Source: the human T2T-CHM13v2.0 reference genome, Homo sapiens
Length of the DNA: 64,000 nt
Strand: one strand, 5' to 3'
NCBI RefSeq assembly: GCF_009914755.1
Contig: NC_060926.1
Position 1 is the first letter of the stretch. Every line of letters begins with the position of its first letter. Below are positions 1 to 14,691 of this stretch, one piece after another. The notes under the pieces were generated by a model. That model was not told where the DNA came from and did not search any database. It saw only the letters and a list, made by a program, of their open reading frames with translations. The translations under genes were made by a program, and so were the position numbers.

Positions 1-661
1 TGGGGTGCTCATCTCACTCCATTTCATGTCACCAGTACCTGGCACAAAGCCTAGCATGCGGTAAATCCTTTTAATAAACGCCGTGGCATCAGATTGATGA
101 GAGGGACAGTGAGCTTCACCTCTTCAAAGTGTGACAGCCTGGGCCAATGTGAGCAGCAGAATCTCAAGCAGCCCTGGCTCCAGGCCCTGCAGGCTGTGAT
201 CTGGATAACAGATTGGGCACCCTCCTTGTCCCCGCAGGAAAAAGGAGGTCCTGGGCCATTTTTCCACGTGCAGACATCAGGGAGGAGCCCTCTGAGCCTC
301 TATCTCATTATTATCCTGAGACCCACAGCCCCCTTGTTGTTAGCCCTCATTAGTGCTAACTAGTTGGGAGAACTGCTTTCTTAGCTTCCAATCATTTCAA
401 GGTAGCACAAACAAACTTATCTGCAGCTTCCCTTAGGGGATGAGGACTCATCAAGGCTGGAAGCAGAGCTTGTACAGAACATTGTGAGATGGGTTCACAC
501 CTATGTGCCCAGTCACCTTCTCTCATATGGTAGTGCCTTTCTTTTTTCTTCTACTATTCTCCTCCAGAGTATATGCATCCCCCCAACCCAGTATGTCCTA
601 CGTGAAGTTTATTCCTATCCGTGTGCTAATCTTTACCATAGCGTTTGCATTTGTTTTTCCC

Positions 662-935
662 TTGAGACAGAGTCTCACTCTGTCACCAAACCTGGAATGC
701 AGTGGCATGATCTTAGCTTACTGCAATCTCTGCCTCTGGGTTCAAGTGATCCTCCCACCTCAGCCTCCCTAGTAGTTGGGACTACAGGTGCATACCACCA
801 CACCCAGCTATTCTTTGTATTTTTTTAGAGATGGGGTTTCACCATATTGCCCAGGCTGGTCTTGATTTCTGGGGCATAAGTGGTCTGCCTGCCCAAAGTG
901 TTGGGATTACAGGCATGAGCCACAGTGCCCAGGCT
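662..935 (-). mobile_element. Alu (AluJ-like)
   Basis: Alu consensus blocks, reverse orientation. Confidence 0.9.
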
Positions 936-3129
936 TGGTGTTTGCATTTTATATGTAAGCTTTTGTTTGTAATTGGGGAATGGCAGGCACTATTCCTTGA
1001 TGGAGCTGTCTGGGGCATGCCAATTCACTCTGTACCCTTGGCAGTGGTTCCAGACTCTCAGGTCCCTGCCCCCACTGGTCTCTGCTGCCCCTGGAGCAAG
1101 GATGGTGATGTCTACCTGCCTTGGAGGGACCCAGGAACAAGGGAACTCCCACCTCTTGTTCAAGGGCTTGAGGGCTATGCCCTTGGAGAGAAGGGAATCC
1201 CTGCTGTTGTTAAGCAGGGGTCAGGATTTCTGCCTCTCAACATGCATAAAAAGAAGGTGGGAGTGAGGACGTGAGCTGATTTCTAATCCCTCTCTAGCAG
1301 TTGTGCATCTGGTTCAGCGTGTCCCGGGGTTTCCCTGGGTTTTGCTTGACCGCAGCAGTAAGCTGTTCCTCATTTATCCCGTGGTCTGTGCTCACCCTCC
1401 CCTTCCCACTCACTCATCTCCCATGCTCAGGGTGGCAGAGGACATAGAAATGCTTCTCTGGCTCCTCTGCTGGTTTGTTTTAATCCCTGGGAAACATTGG
1501 AACCAAGAGGACACTCAAGAAATACTGGATTGGGGAAAAGATCTGGAAGTATTGCTCTATCTGCCCCTATCCCCTGCTGTTGGTTTCTTACTTCATCTCC
1601 CAGTGCCCACCTGGGGCCTCTGAGTCTCCCCAGCCAGGTGGCCCTGAGGCTCCCCATGAGGCCCCAGCTGCATCCACAGCTGCATCTCTGCCAGCTCTGG
1701 AGGAGCTGCTTTCTCAGGGTGCTGAGCAGAGACTCTGACAGATGGACCTCCATGAACCGATGGAGCTGTTCCAGATGCCTCCTTACAGAGCAGAGCGCAT
1801 TCTGGCAGTGAGGCCACGATGCAGGGCTGCCTAGGGCTTTAGCCCACCCGTTGGACAAAGTCTGTTTCTACACTGCCACCTCCATCCATGTTTTGGCGTT
1901 TCAGAGAGCATCAGCACTGACCACTGAATGGCCAGGCCTGCATGTGCATATGGGAGGTGGGAAGAGACTACTGTCCCTGGTCAGCCTGTAAGAACCTCAG
2001 TTCACCTGGTTTCTGAACCAGCCGAGGCCTTCCCCTCATCTGCACTCACCCTCAACCCCATAGGATTATGGGAAGGGGTTCTCAAAAGGTCGTTCAGGGG
2101 CCACCTGGGTCAGAATCCCTTCCATGGTCAGGCAGCGTTGATCTCTGGTGGGACCTGGGAATCTGCATCCATAACCAGCTTCCTACAGGTGATTCCCACG
2201 CCCAATGGAGTTTGAGAACTGCTGGCCTGTGAACTAATGTTAACAAAAGAGGCTGCCTGTTTGGGGCTTCCAGTACTTGATCAGGACTGAAAAGATATGC
2301 CTTTAAATGCCATGATGGTTTGTGAAAAGGCCAGGTGCTATGCAAACACTTGTGAAAACACAGGAAGACATTTCAGATATGATCAAACTCTAGGAAATAG
2401 TTAAAACTTTTTTTTGCCATTGTCTATTACAAAGAATAAAAATTCACTGTAGAAAAATCAGAAAGTTCAGATAAGCAGATAGAGAAAAATAAAAAAGTCC
2501 ATAATTTTTCTACTCAGAGAGAACTCCTGTTACTATTTCAGTCTTTCTAGGACACTTTTTTTTTTTTTTTTTTTTTTCCATTTTAAATGTTTCTGGTCTT
2601 TTCCCTCTGGGATTGTCAAAATAATACATGTTTATTGTAAAACTATTTCTTTTCTGATTGGCATAAAAATGAGTGCAAAATGTTTGATTTGCAAATCTTT
2701 CCTTGCTATGTTTAGTTGTGATCTTTTTTCTTTGTGAATATATTTTTATTTCCTTTATTTTTTGTGTATGCTTTTTTTATGAATGGTAAGACAGCTTCAT
2801 GTATTAGTGGTATTAACTCTTTATCATGCTTTGGCAAGTATTGCAAATTTCTTTTAATGTATGTTTGGGGGGTTTTTTGTTTGTTTTTTGTTTTTTTGTT
2901 TCTTGAGACAGAGTCTCACTCTGTTGCCCCGGCTGGAGGGTTTTTTTTTGTTTGTTTTGTTTTTTGCCAAACTTTTTTTTTTTTACATGCTTGTGTGATC
3001 AAATCTAGCTCCAGTAGTTAATCGGTTTATTATTTTTTTTTCTTTTGGTTGTGCCAGACAGAACACAGAACAGGCACTGCTTTTGCAAATTAAGAGGAAT
3101 TGAGGGGCAATTAGGCAGGTATAGGCCAG

Positions 3130-3611
3130 ACCAGTGCTTCTCCACTTTATCTTCTTCATCCAGATAACCTGGGATTCTTACTACAATGCATTTTCAAATT
3201 CAGTGAGTCTGAGATGAGGCTGAGAGTCTGCTTTTTATTTTTTTTATTTTTTTGAGATAAGAGTCTTGCTCTGTCGCCTAGGCTGGAGTGCAGTGGCATG
3301 ATCTTGGCTCACCGCAACCTCCACCTCCCAGTTCAAGCGATTCTCATGCCTCAGCCTCCCAAGTAGCTGGGACTACAGGCACTCGCCATCACGCCTGGCT
3401 AATTTTTGTATTTTTTGTGGAGATGGGGTTTCACCAAATTGACCAGGCTGGTCTTGAACTCCTGACCTCAAGTGATCTGTTGACCTCTGCCTCCCAAAGT
3501 GCTGGGATTACAAACGTGAGCCACTGCGCACGGCCTTATTCTGCATTTTTTAACCTCTGAGGTCATGTTGATGCTGCTGTTCCTTGGACCACATTTTTGA
3601 GTAGCAAGGGG
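3130..3611. mobile_element. MER5-like hAT relic split by an Alu
   Basis: tctgcatttttaac...gatgctgctg...ggaccacatttttgagtagcaaggg. Confidence 0.6.
3232..3535 (-). mobile_element. Alu (AluS)
   Basis: Full dimer, reverse orientation. Confidence 0.93.
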
Positions 3612-3689
3612 CCAGGAGTTTCCAAACCTGGGTGACCATCAGAGGTACCTCATCAGCATTGATATTAATTAATTTTCAGATATGTAGTT

Positions 3690-4000
3690 TGATTTATTTT
3701 TATTTTTATTTAATTTCGAGACAAGGTCTTGCTGTGTCACGTAGGCTGGAGTGCAGCGGTGCTGCGATCATGGCTCACTGCAGCCTCCACCTCCTGGGCA
3801 CAATCACTCCTCCTGCCTCAGCCTCCTGAGTAGCTGGGACTACAGGTGTGCGCCATCACACCCAGCTAATTTTTCTATTTTTCGTAATGATGGGGTCTCA
3901 CTGTGTTGCCTGAGCTGGTCTTAAACTCCTGGACTCAAGTGATCGTCCTCCCTCGGCCTCCCAAAGTGCTGAGATTACAGGTGTGAGCCACAGCGCACAG
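3690..4000 (-). mobile_element. Alu (AluJ-like)
   Basis: Full dimer, reverse orientation. Confidence 0.9.
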
Positions 4001-5395
4001 TTTAGTTATGATTTTCAGGAGCATTTTGGAACTCAGAGTTTTTCTGCACCTTAATCCAGAGACTTTAGGCTGTGGGACTGAGCCTAGCTTGGCCACATCT
4101 GGTTGGTGACTTCCAGACAGTGGCTCCCAGTGGCTCTGGTGATTGATATTATCAGTATTTCTATGACTTCTTGAATATGTTTTCCTAGAAAATTGTTCTT
4201 TAATTCATGTTTTCAAAGTTTTTAGTAAAGCATTTCACAGATGGTGGTTATATTCCTTTTATATTTCTAATATTTGTTTTTTTCTTTTTAAAATAACCAG
4301 TCTTGTCAGAGGTTTGTTTGTTTTATTGGTTTTCAGGAGAGTCATCTCTTGGATTCATTTATAAATACCACTACATTTTGTTTTCTAATCCACTATTTCT
4401 GTCTTTATCCCTCCTGATTCAGTTTTTCCTACCTTTCTTTGTTTTTATTTTCTAGCTTCTTGGATTGAAGCCTCAATTACTTTTTTCTCATTTAGTAAAA
4501 CTATTTATGAAAACATGAATTTTTCTAATAGATACTGTTCTCACTGATATTTAATCTTTAGATATGTAGTTGTGTGTGACTTTATTTTTTTCCTTCATCC
4601 TGGAGTTATTTAGGAGACTTGCTTAGGATTTCCAGATGTTGTATTCCTTTCAGTTAGCAAGGGCTTGAAGGCTGCCTTCCCAGGGCCCTACTCGTTTGCA
4701 GACCAGTCTGTGAGTCTGTGCTCTGCATGGTCTTGTATGCTCATGGTTGGAACTTGTGCAGGTGTGTTGCTGAAACTTTGAGTTGGCCCTCTGGCATGCA
4801 CATGACAGGGGCTGTCTGTGCCCTCTGTGTGTGGAGGGAAGGGGTCTTGGGAGGAGAGAGGGTGGACCCTGTTCCCAGGCACTCTGTTTCTCCTGTCAGC
4901 CTTGCCTCTTCAGGCTGTTGCCCAGCCTGGAGACCATCCAGGCGGCCCCCTTCTTCCTTGCCCTCTGCTCTGCGGTGGTCATCCGGTACCCAGGGTGGTG
5001 TCTGGGGCTCAGTGTCCCTCAGTGTTAGATGAGCTGAGGGCTGGTGGAAGGGGGATGGGATTAAGTCAGAGAACTTGAGTTCTGGAGCCCCTCCTGCCTC
5101 CAACCAGCCATTTGTCAGTGACTGCTTGTTTCACCGTTTCCTGTTCCTCGTTGTAAGATTTGGGGAATGTTACCTTTTCACAGAAACTAGAAAAGCCATA
5201 GATACCATACAGTAAACATCACTCTTTTAAAAAATATTTTTTATTTCGGCATAATTTCAGAGTTTTACAAAAGTTGCAGGAATAGTACAAAGAATTCTCT
5301 TCACTTGGATACCTAAATGTTAATATTTTACTACATTTGCTTTATCCTTTTCTTTCTCTGTAATTTGTATTTGAACCATTTGAAAGTAAGTAGCA

Positions 5396-5701
5396 GGCCA
5401 GGCGCCGTGGTGGTGGCTCACGCCTGTAATCCCAGCACTTTGGGAGGCCGAGGCGGGTGGATCATGAAGTCAGGAGATCAAGACCATCCTGGCTAACACA
5501 GTGAAACCCCGTCTCTACTAAAAATACAAAAAAGTTAGCCGGGCGTGGTGGCGGGTGCCTGTGGTCCCAGCTGCTCAGGAGGCTGAGGCAGGAGAATGGC
5601 GTGAACCCGGGAGGCGGAGCTTGCAGTGAGCCGAGATTGTGCTACTGCACTCCAGCCTGGGTGACAAAGCGAGACTCCGCCTCAAAAAAAAAAAAAAAAA
5701 A
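5396..5701 (+). mobile_element. AluY
   Basis: Diagnostic accatcctggctaac, gaatggcgtgaacc, gagcttgcag; TSD aaagtaagtagca. Confidence 0.95.
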
Positions 5702-5749
5702 GTAAGTAGCAAAACTGATGTCCTTTACTACTAAATAGTCAAATGTAGG

Positions 5750-6027
5750 TTTTTGTTTTTTTTTTTGAGATGGAGTCTCGCTCTGTTGCCCAGGCTGGAG
5801 TGCAGTGGCGCGATCTCGGCTCACTGCAAGCTCTGCCTCCCGGCTTCACGCCATTCTCCTGCCTCAGCCTCCGAGTAGCTGGGACCACAGGCACCCACCA
5901 CCACGCCCGGCTAATTTTTTGTATTTTCAGTAGAGACGGGGTTTCACCTTGTTAGCCAGGATGGTCTCGATCTCCTGATGTCGTGATCCGCTGCTGGGAT
6001 TACAGGCGTGAGCCACCGCACCCGGCC
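5750..6027 (-). mobile_element. AluY with ~20-bp internal deletion
   Basis: ctgcaagctc, ttcacgccattctc, gttagccaggatggtctcgatc; TSD aatgtaggtttt. Confidence 0.93.
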
Positions 6028-6232
6028 TGAATGTAGGTTTTCTAAAATCATGTCAATAACCACAAAGGAGCCATCAAAATCAGGAAGTTAATGTGGATAC
6101 AGCATTATTATACCAGCTAACCTAGGCTTACTTAAATTTTACCAATCGTTACAACCTCTCTTGTAAGAGAAACCCCCCAGATCACATGCTGTGTCCAGTG
6201 GTCAGTTTGTTGTTTGTTTAAGTCTCCTTTAA

Positions 6233-6877
<645 letters not shown>

Positions 6878-7796
6878 TCAGAGGTGTGTGTCCCAACTGA
6901 GGTATGTCCCGAGGGTGAGCCAGAGGGAGCAGGTTGCCTGTTCTCGGACCTAAGGAGGTTCCAGAGTGGTTATTTGCATTACAAGGGCAGTGCTTAACAG
7001 ATAATTGACTGTTAGGTTATCTTTTAGTAGCAGAACTCCCTTGTATAATAGATATTAAAAACATGATTTGTTTTTTAACAAATGATTTGCATTTAGCTTT
7101 TTAAGGTCATGCTTATTGCATATTATGCATTCTTTGTCTCACTTATTTTTATTTTATTGAATCGCTCGCAAACTTCCCCTCCAACTTTTTTTTTTTTTTT
7201 AATTCTAAGGGCCTTTGAACCAAGTTCCATTTCCTGTTTTCTAGTTATCTGTGACTCTACCCAGGGAATCAGCTGGTTTTAAGTCAGTGGTTCTCATTTC
7301 CAGGCCCCCTGCCCATGCATTTCCAGAGCTCATCTCTCTCTTCCCCAACCCAGAGCTCAGGGCTGTCCCAGCTTGCTTTTCTCCCCACTCAAGAGTTGCC
7401 ACCACTCCTACTGTCCCCTGCAGTGACGTGGGAGGTATTCTTCCCATCTTTCTTTGACGGAAAAGGGACCACCACTACTTTCCCTGAGATAAGACCCTCC
7501 TGTTTTCACTTTCACTTGTAACCCAGTAGGGAAATAAAAGGAGAGAGAAATGCTGATGAACGAGTTGCAGAGAATGAATTGCACGACACTCTTGCCTTTC
7601 CCTTTCCTCTGTCCCTGTCTCCCAACCATTGTTTGAGGGTGAGCTCACTGGCTCACCCACCCTCCTTGAGCTTGTGTTCAGTTTCTGCTTTTGCCTCAAA
7701 GCTGCTTATGGAGATGCAGATGAAGGATCAATGTGTGCTTTCTCGTTTTCTTAGCCTTTTAGACTTTCGGGGTAGAAGGTGGGTGATGAGAAGTGA

Positions 7797-9050
7797 CTTT
7801 TTTTTTTTTTTTTGAAATTACAGTTTTATTGAGATATAAATCATATACAGTTCACCCATTGGCAGTGTATAATTCAGTGGTTTTAGTGTAGTCAGGATTG
7901 TGCAACCAACACCACTCTCTTAGTTCACAAAATTTTTATCCATCCCTAAAAGAAACCCTGTGGCAAATAGCATTCACTCCTCTTTGTTCCCCTAACCCCC
8001 TCAGCCCCTGGCAACCACTTATCTTTCTGTCTCTGTGGATTTACCCAATCCATGCATTTCATATAAATGGAATGTTATAGTATATATCTTTAGTGTCTGG
8101 CTGACTTAGCATAACATTTTCAAGGTTCATCCATGTTGTAGCCTGTGTCAATACTTTATTCCTTTTCATGACTGCATAATATTCCATTGTATGCACAGAC
8201 CACATTTTGTTTATCCATTCTTTAGTCACTGGACATGTAGGTTATTTTCACTTTGGGCTGTTATGAATAATGCTGCTATGAACATTTATATACACGTTTT
8301 TGTGTGAACATGCCCATTTTAAAATTGGGGTTTTTTGGTTAAGGGGTTGTAAGAGTTTGTTATCTCTTCTATATGAGTTCCTTGAATATGATTATATGTA
8401 TATATGTATATGATTTATAAATTTTTTTCCCATTGTGTGGGTTTTTTTCACTTTTTTTTTAAGAGGCAGGGTCTTACTCTGTCATCTGGGCTAGAGTGCA
8501 GTGGAGTGATCATGGCTCACTGCACCTGGAACCCCTGGGCTCAGGGGATCCTCCTGCCTCAGCCTCCCAAGTAGCTAGGACTACAGATGTGTGCCACCAC
8601 CATGCCTGCCTAATTTTAAAAAAAAAATTATGTAGAGCAGGGGTCTTGCTTTGTTGCCTGGGCTGGTCTCAGACTCCTGGCATCAAGCAATTCTTCAGCC
8701 ACCCAAAGTGCTGGAATTACAGATTTGAGTTACCATGCCTAGCCGTTTTTTTTTTCACTTTCTTGATGGTGTCCTTTGAAACTCAAAAGTTTTTAATTTT
8801 GATGAAGTACAGTTTATCTTTTTTCTTTTGGTCTCATATCTGAGAAAGTTCTGCCTAATCCAAGATAATAAATATTTATGTCTGTTTTAGAGTTTTATAG
8901 TTTTAGTTCTTACACTTGGGTCTTTGATCCATTTTGAGTGAGTTTTTGTATATGGTGTGAGGCAGGGGTTCACATGCTGTTGCAACTGGATAACCAGTTG
9001 TCCCAATTAAAAGACTGTTCTTTTCCCATTTAATTATCTTAGTGTCTTCT
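7797..9050 (-). mobile_element. Old L1M 3' fragment containing an AluJ (8452-8744, -)
   Basis: Poly-T then ttttattgagatataa...catttcatataaatggaat...ttttcaaggttcatccatgttgtagc. Confidence 0.8.
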
Positions 9051-12000
9051 CACTGTTTTGTAGATGTTTATAGTAGATGAGAGAGCTAGATTGGTCTTTA
9101 TAGCTTTTTTATTGGTTACTTGCATGTATTGTTTGGTATTAACATTTACATGATGTACATCAGTTATCTTCAAAATTTCTGGTGAAGGACTAAGTTTTAA
9201 AAATTTCTAATTCATGGACTGATAATTTTGTAAAAATAAGAATGAATTACTAGAAAAATGATCATGTGCTTAGATGCCATGACAATGTCAAATTGTGATA
9301 CAAGTGTCTAAAGTTAACACTCTTAGCTTTTGTATTTACCTTGTCACAGACTAATGGAGATAGCAGAATAGTGCTAGTCCATAGATCACACTTACAGGAG
9401 TCCTGGCCAAGACTCAGCTGGCCATGCTCAATCTGCTTATCTCTTGCTGGGCATGTCTTCAACCAGTGTTTGTAGAACCATGGGCCTTAGGGGGTCTCAT
9501 GATTGTTACCTTGGGGTACTGGAACAGCAAATACTAGTGTTACTACTGCTTCTCCTCCAATCTTGAAAGGGGCAGTTGTCCCCAAAGGCTTACTAGACAC
9601 GTACCTTTTATATTTGTAGTCACCCAAATAAGATGAAGCCCTTGTACTAATGTGAGTAAAATCCTACCCCTACCTGTTGTTATCAAGGTTGCTTCCTACA
9701 GCCTTCAAGGTTGAGTAGAATCCATCCATTCAGCCTTTAGTGCCAAGTTGCCATCCCTGTTCTCAAGGGAATAATAAGCCCAAATAGACATGGAAGGAGG
9801 AGGAAAGACACTATTCCAACAGTCAATACGTCCCTTGGGAATATAGCAAACAGGAGAAAACCTAGAGATTCAGCCTCCGGGGCCCTGTGTGTGCTATATA
9901 CATGCCAGAGAAAACAGTACAGCTATTAAAAATGAAATTCTTGAAGAATAGTTAACAATATAGGAAAATGTTTATACAGTTAGGGAAGAAATTAGCATAT
10001 GAGAAAAAACCACTGATATACTCAGTCATCCCAGTTTTGTAAATTAAGTGTATGTTGCATAGTTAAAAAAGATACCAAATACAAACTATAGTCATCTTTA
10101 GGCAGTGGGAGATTTTTACATCTTTTTTATTCTCCACAGTGAAAAGAACCTCTTGTTCTGTCTCTCTCAGCAACTTCTACTGAAGCTGTCCTTTCTGTTC
10201 CTTATTCTATGCCTATGACCTCTCTTTATTCTCTTGGATCATCCACCAGGGTTTTCTCTGGCTCTATAATGAGTTTGTAGTATGCCTTTGATATCCTGTC
10301 AGTAACTACACTAGTGGCAGCTTCACTTGGAGATAAAGTCACTGTTAATATCAGTTTTCATTGCTTTCATCACATACTCAAAACCACAGAGTATGTATGT
10401 AACATGGGTTTATGTTGCCCTGCACATGTTAGTGATAGTGGTACAGTATCAGTTCCTAAAGGAACTTGCCTTTGAATAGGATCTAAGACAAAATCAAACG
10501 TCTAAAAAGTCCCTATCCAAGAGAAAGGACTCTGTTTGTTCACTACTCTATCCACAAAGAAGTGATGCGGAATGTATATTTGTTTGAGAGATAAATGAAT
10601 GAATACATAATTATGTATGCATATAGGAAAGGAATGGTTGTTATGATGTGCTGATAGCATCAGTGAGTGACATCTCATAATTCTGTGGGCTGCAAATACT
10701 TATTTTCACTTTTTAAAAAAACTACCTAGTTTTCTCATTTGTGTGCTTGGTTTTACATAGTTGGCAGTCTAAACTTCATACAGTATGGTATTCTGCTATT
10801 CTTCCTATTTCATCTAGCTTTTTTCCTTAGTGTTTATAATTGCAGGTTTAGATGAGTGTATAATACTCTGTTGAATTGTATCATAGTTTACCAAACCAAG
10901 CCCCTCATACTGAGTTTTCAGCTTTCACTAATGTGTGGAAAGATTTTTTTTAATGCAAACTTATAAGCTCAAGTTTCTAGGAATAGCACTGCTTGATGGA
11001 AGTAGTCTTTATTGCTCTTGATAACATTTGTTCATGTGTTCATTTATTTGCTTATCTACAGATTTATTTACTTATTTATTTTTACTGTTTGAACCAAGAC
11101 AGAAGTTGTAAGTTGTGAATTAGAAGGCACCCTGGCCTGGGAGCTGGGTGATGGGGGTTCAAGGCTCAGTGGGTTGAATATGAGTCCAACAGTAGTGTTC
11201 TGGGGTGGAAGCAGAGGCAGGGGGCCAGTCAAGGAGCCACCTCCTGAGTTTGTCCTTGTGAGAGATAAATGAGGAGAAAACAAAAAGAAGGCAGATCTGA
11301 AATGCTCTACAGGAGCAGTTGGCAGGACTAGGGTTTGCTTGCATATGGAAACATCAAGAGGACATCAGAGGGGATGGAAGGGTTTAGCCAGGATGCCCAG
11401 GGGAATGGATCTTAACGTGATTTTTTTTTGTAAAGGGATGTCCGGGGGGGAGTTGCTGAGGAAAAGGATGCAGGCGCTGAGTTAAGTTGTAAATGTGATG
11501 GGCTTAAGTTGCATTCAAGTGGAAGTGTGTCTGGTAGCTGGAAAGCAGTCAAGGAAAAAGGAAACTTTGGGGCTGTTGGTGCAGGCTGAGCGGTGGGGCC
11601 TTGATTGGAGGGGAGGCTTCTGAGGGGAGCATGGGGCGATGGAGAGCAGTGAGGGCAGGAGAGTGGAGAACAGCTCTGTTGAGGGGACGGAGGAGGAAAA
11701 GGAGAATGGAGGAGGACCAGTAACCGGCAGGGTCACGGAAACCCAGGGTGGGCAGGTGAGTGGGTGATCTGCTGCCACAGACAGGCCAGAGAGACGAGGG
11801 ACCCCCGTGGCCTTCCTCATCACCCCGACTCTCAGAAACAGATAATGGTTGCGCAAATGCCTAGGTTCCTGTTCTGTTTCTCCAGCATTGCACCCAGGCC
11901 TTTCAGATGAACATGTGCAAACCCAGATTACTGGCATCTTTCAGTTATCTGGGCTAATAAACGAGTAGTGACTGTGGATAATGAAGCTTTACACACTAAG

Positions 12001-12908
12001 ATGAGTTGTGTGACTTTTCCAGGAGTTGAAGTTTAGGATAAAGAGGATTAATTTGTGCTCCCCAATTTCCTGCCTTCTGGACAGCAGCAGGCTTCCCTAA
12101 ATGGCATTTCCTAGCCTACTCTGTGAAGTTGATCTTGTGGCTGGTAGGTGGATACCCTCTGCCAAAAATTAATTTTCCTCTAGATTTTTGGGTGGTCACT
12201 TAAAGATTTATTTCTTTGAATGAAAAACTTAGGTCTTAAGTCCTTCAGAAAGGATTGAGTGGGGGCAAACACACAGGGATTCCTGTGAAAAGCTGAAATC
12301 CATGAATATTTATTGAGGCACATGTGGGAGCTCATTCTCCAAAAGAATGATTAGAACCTTGGTACCTGGGAGGCCATGGGCATCCACTATTGACTCTGAT
12401 GTTGGATTCTACTTTGCCACTCACCAATTCTGAGCTTTGGAGTATGTTAGTTATCCTCTCTGTACCTCATCTACTAAAATGGATGTGGAATTGTTGGAAG
12501 AATAGAAAGGTTACATTTAAACGTAAAGGTGCTTATTTAAAGTTTGCACTCAGCACTCAAAACTGTGGGCTGCTGTCCTCCTTCTCTAAACCTGGCCCCT
12601 TTGACACACCTGAGCTGTCAGTGGGTTTTGAGGGATTGGGGGCTTCTTTAGGGAAAGTACATGGAGCCTTTAGTGAAGGACTGGCTCTGCGGGGGACTGT
12701 GGTGTTAGCAATGCATGCTTTCTGTTTCTTTAGCCTATTAGACTTTTGGGGTAGGAGGTGTGGGTGATGAGGAGTAGATCTGTGCTGTTGGGTGGGAGGA
12801 GTTGTGAGAATGCCCTGCCTCGCTGGGAACTGATGGGGGCTTTTCTGGCCATGGGACGTGCACCATGGGGCTTGGGCGATGGCCCCAGCGGCTGCAAGAG
12901 GGGTGTGT

Positions 12909-12911
<3 letters not shown>

Positions 12912-12960
<49 letters not shown>
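12912..12960 (+). repeat. (TG)24 microsatellite
   Basis: Perfect dinucleotide run. Confidence 0.98.
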
Positions 12961-12962
<2 letters not shown>

Positions 12963-13998
12963 GGGGAGTTGAGGCCCTTGCTGGGTCTGGCTGAGGAGCT
13001 GCCTCCGCGTCATGACCTGGTTCTTGTGTGCTGGCAGCTTCAGAGCAGCTGCTGCTGCTTTTTGCCAGGCCTCAGATGTGGTTAGGCTCGATTTCCTCCC
13101 GGCTGGCCTCTGTCCACCGGCTGCTTGAGGCAGGGGCTTCCGTCAGGAGAGCTGGATCCTGCTCTGGGCCGCAGATCAAGAGGCTAGGGGTGGGGCATGG
13201 GGAGCCTGCAGAGCAGCCAGCAGCTGTGCTCCCCCTTCACCCCCACCTGCTGCAGGGGAGCGTGTGCTGCCCAGGCGATAACTTTGCATAGGTTAGAGTT
13301 GCAGGGCTATATTTTGGAGTTCTGGTCCGAGAACAGCAAGTTAGTTACATAGAACTTTTAATGGGTGGGAGTTTCAGGCTTGGCACCCCATCTCAACTAG
13401 GCTTATCTTCACCTTCCAGTGCGTCTCATCTCTTAGAAATTTTCTTCATTTTCTTTCTGCATTATGTGTGATCTGCCTCTGTGTTATAACTGCGTACAGC
13501 TCTCTAGCAACAGAAATAGCACAAAAAATACCCAGAAATTTTCCCTGACTGCTCCCTTCTCGTCTCGTTCACAGACATGTGTAGTTTGCAGTTTCAGGTG
13601 TTTTATAGGTGTTCTATTCTTAAATCTTTTTCCCCTAAATAAAAATGAAAATACCTATGATAAATTTTGGAAACTATAAACGAGAAAGTTACTCATCCTC
13701 TATCACGCAGAGGATAAGCACTGTTAACATTTCTGTATGATTCCCCTTGCTGTTTTGTGTGTTTACACAGGCATGCGTTGTGATTGAATTGAACTGTTAA
13801 ATTGGGCAATATTTTGAATCCTATTTTTTCCCCCATTTCAAATATTATGTACTTCCCCCATCATAAAAACCTTCTGAAAGCATTCATTTAATAAGTACAT
13901 TCTCAAGTTTCACTTTTTCATTTAATACATTTAGTTTTATGTTCTTATTCCATATCATTTTAAGCAGTTGTGTACATCTACTGATTAAATATTATAAA

Positions 13999-14691
<693 letters not shown>

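Noticed and set aside
12758-13085. ORFs with CVCVCV runs
   Set aside because: Translation of the (TG)n microsatellite.
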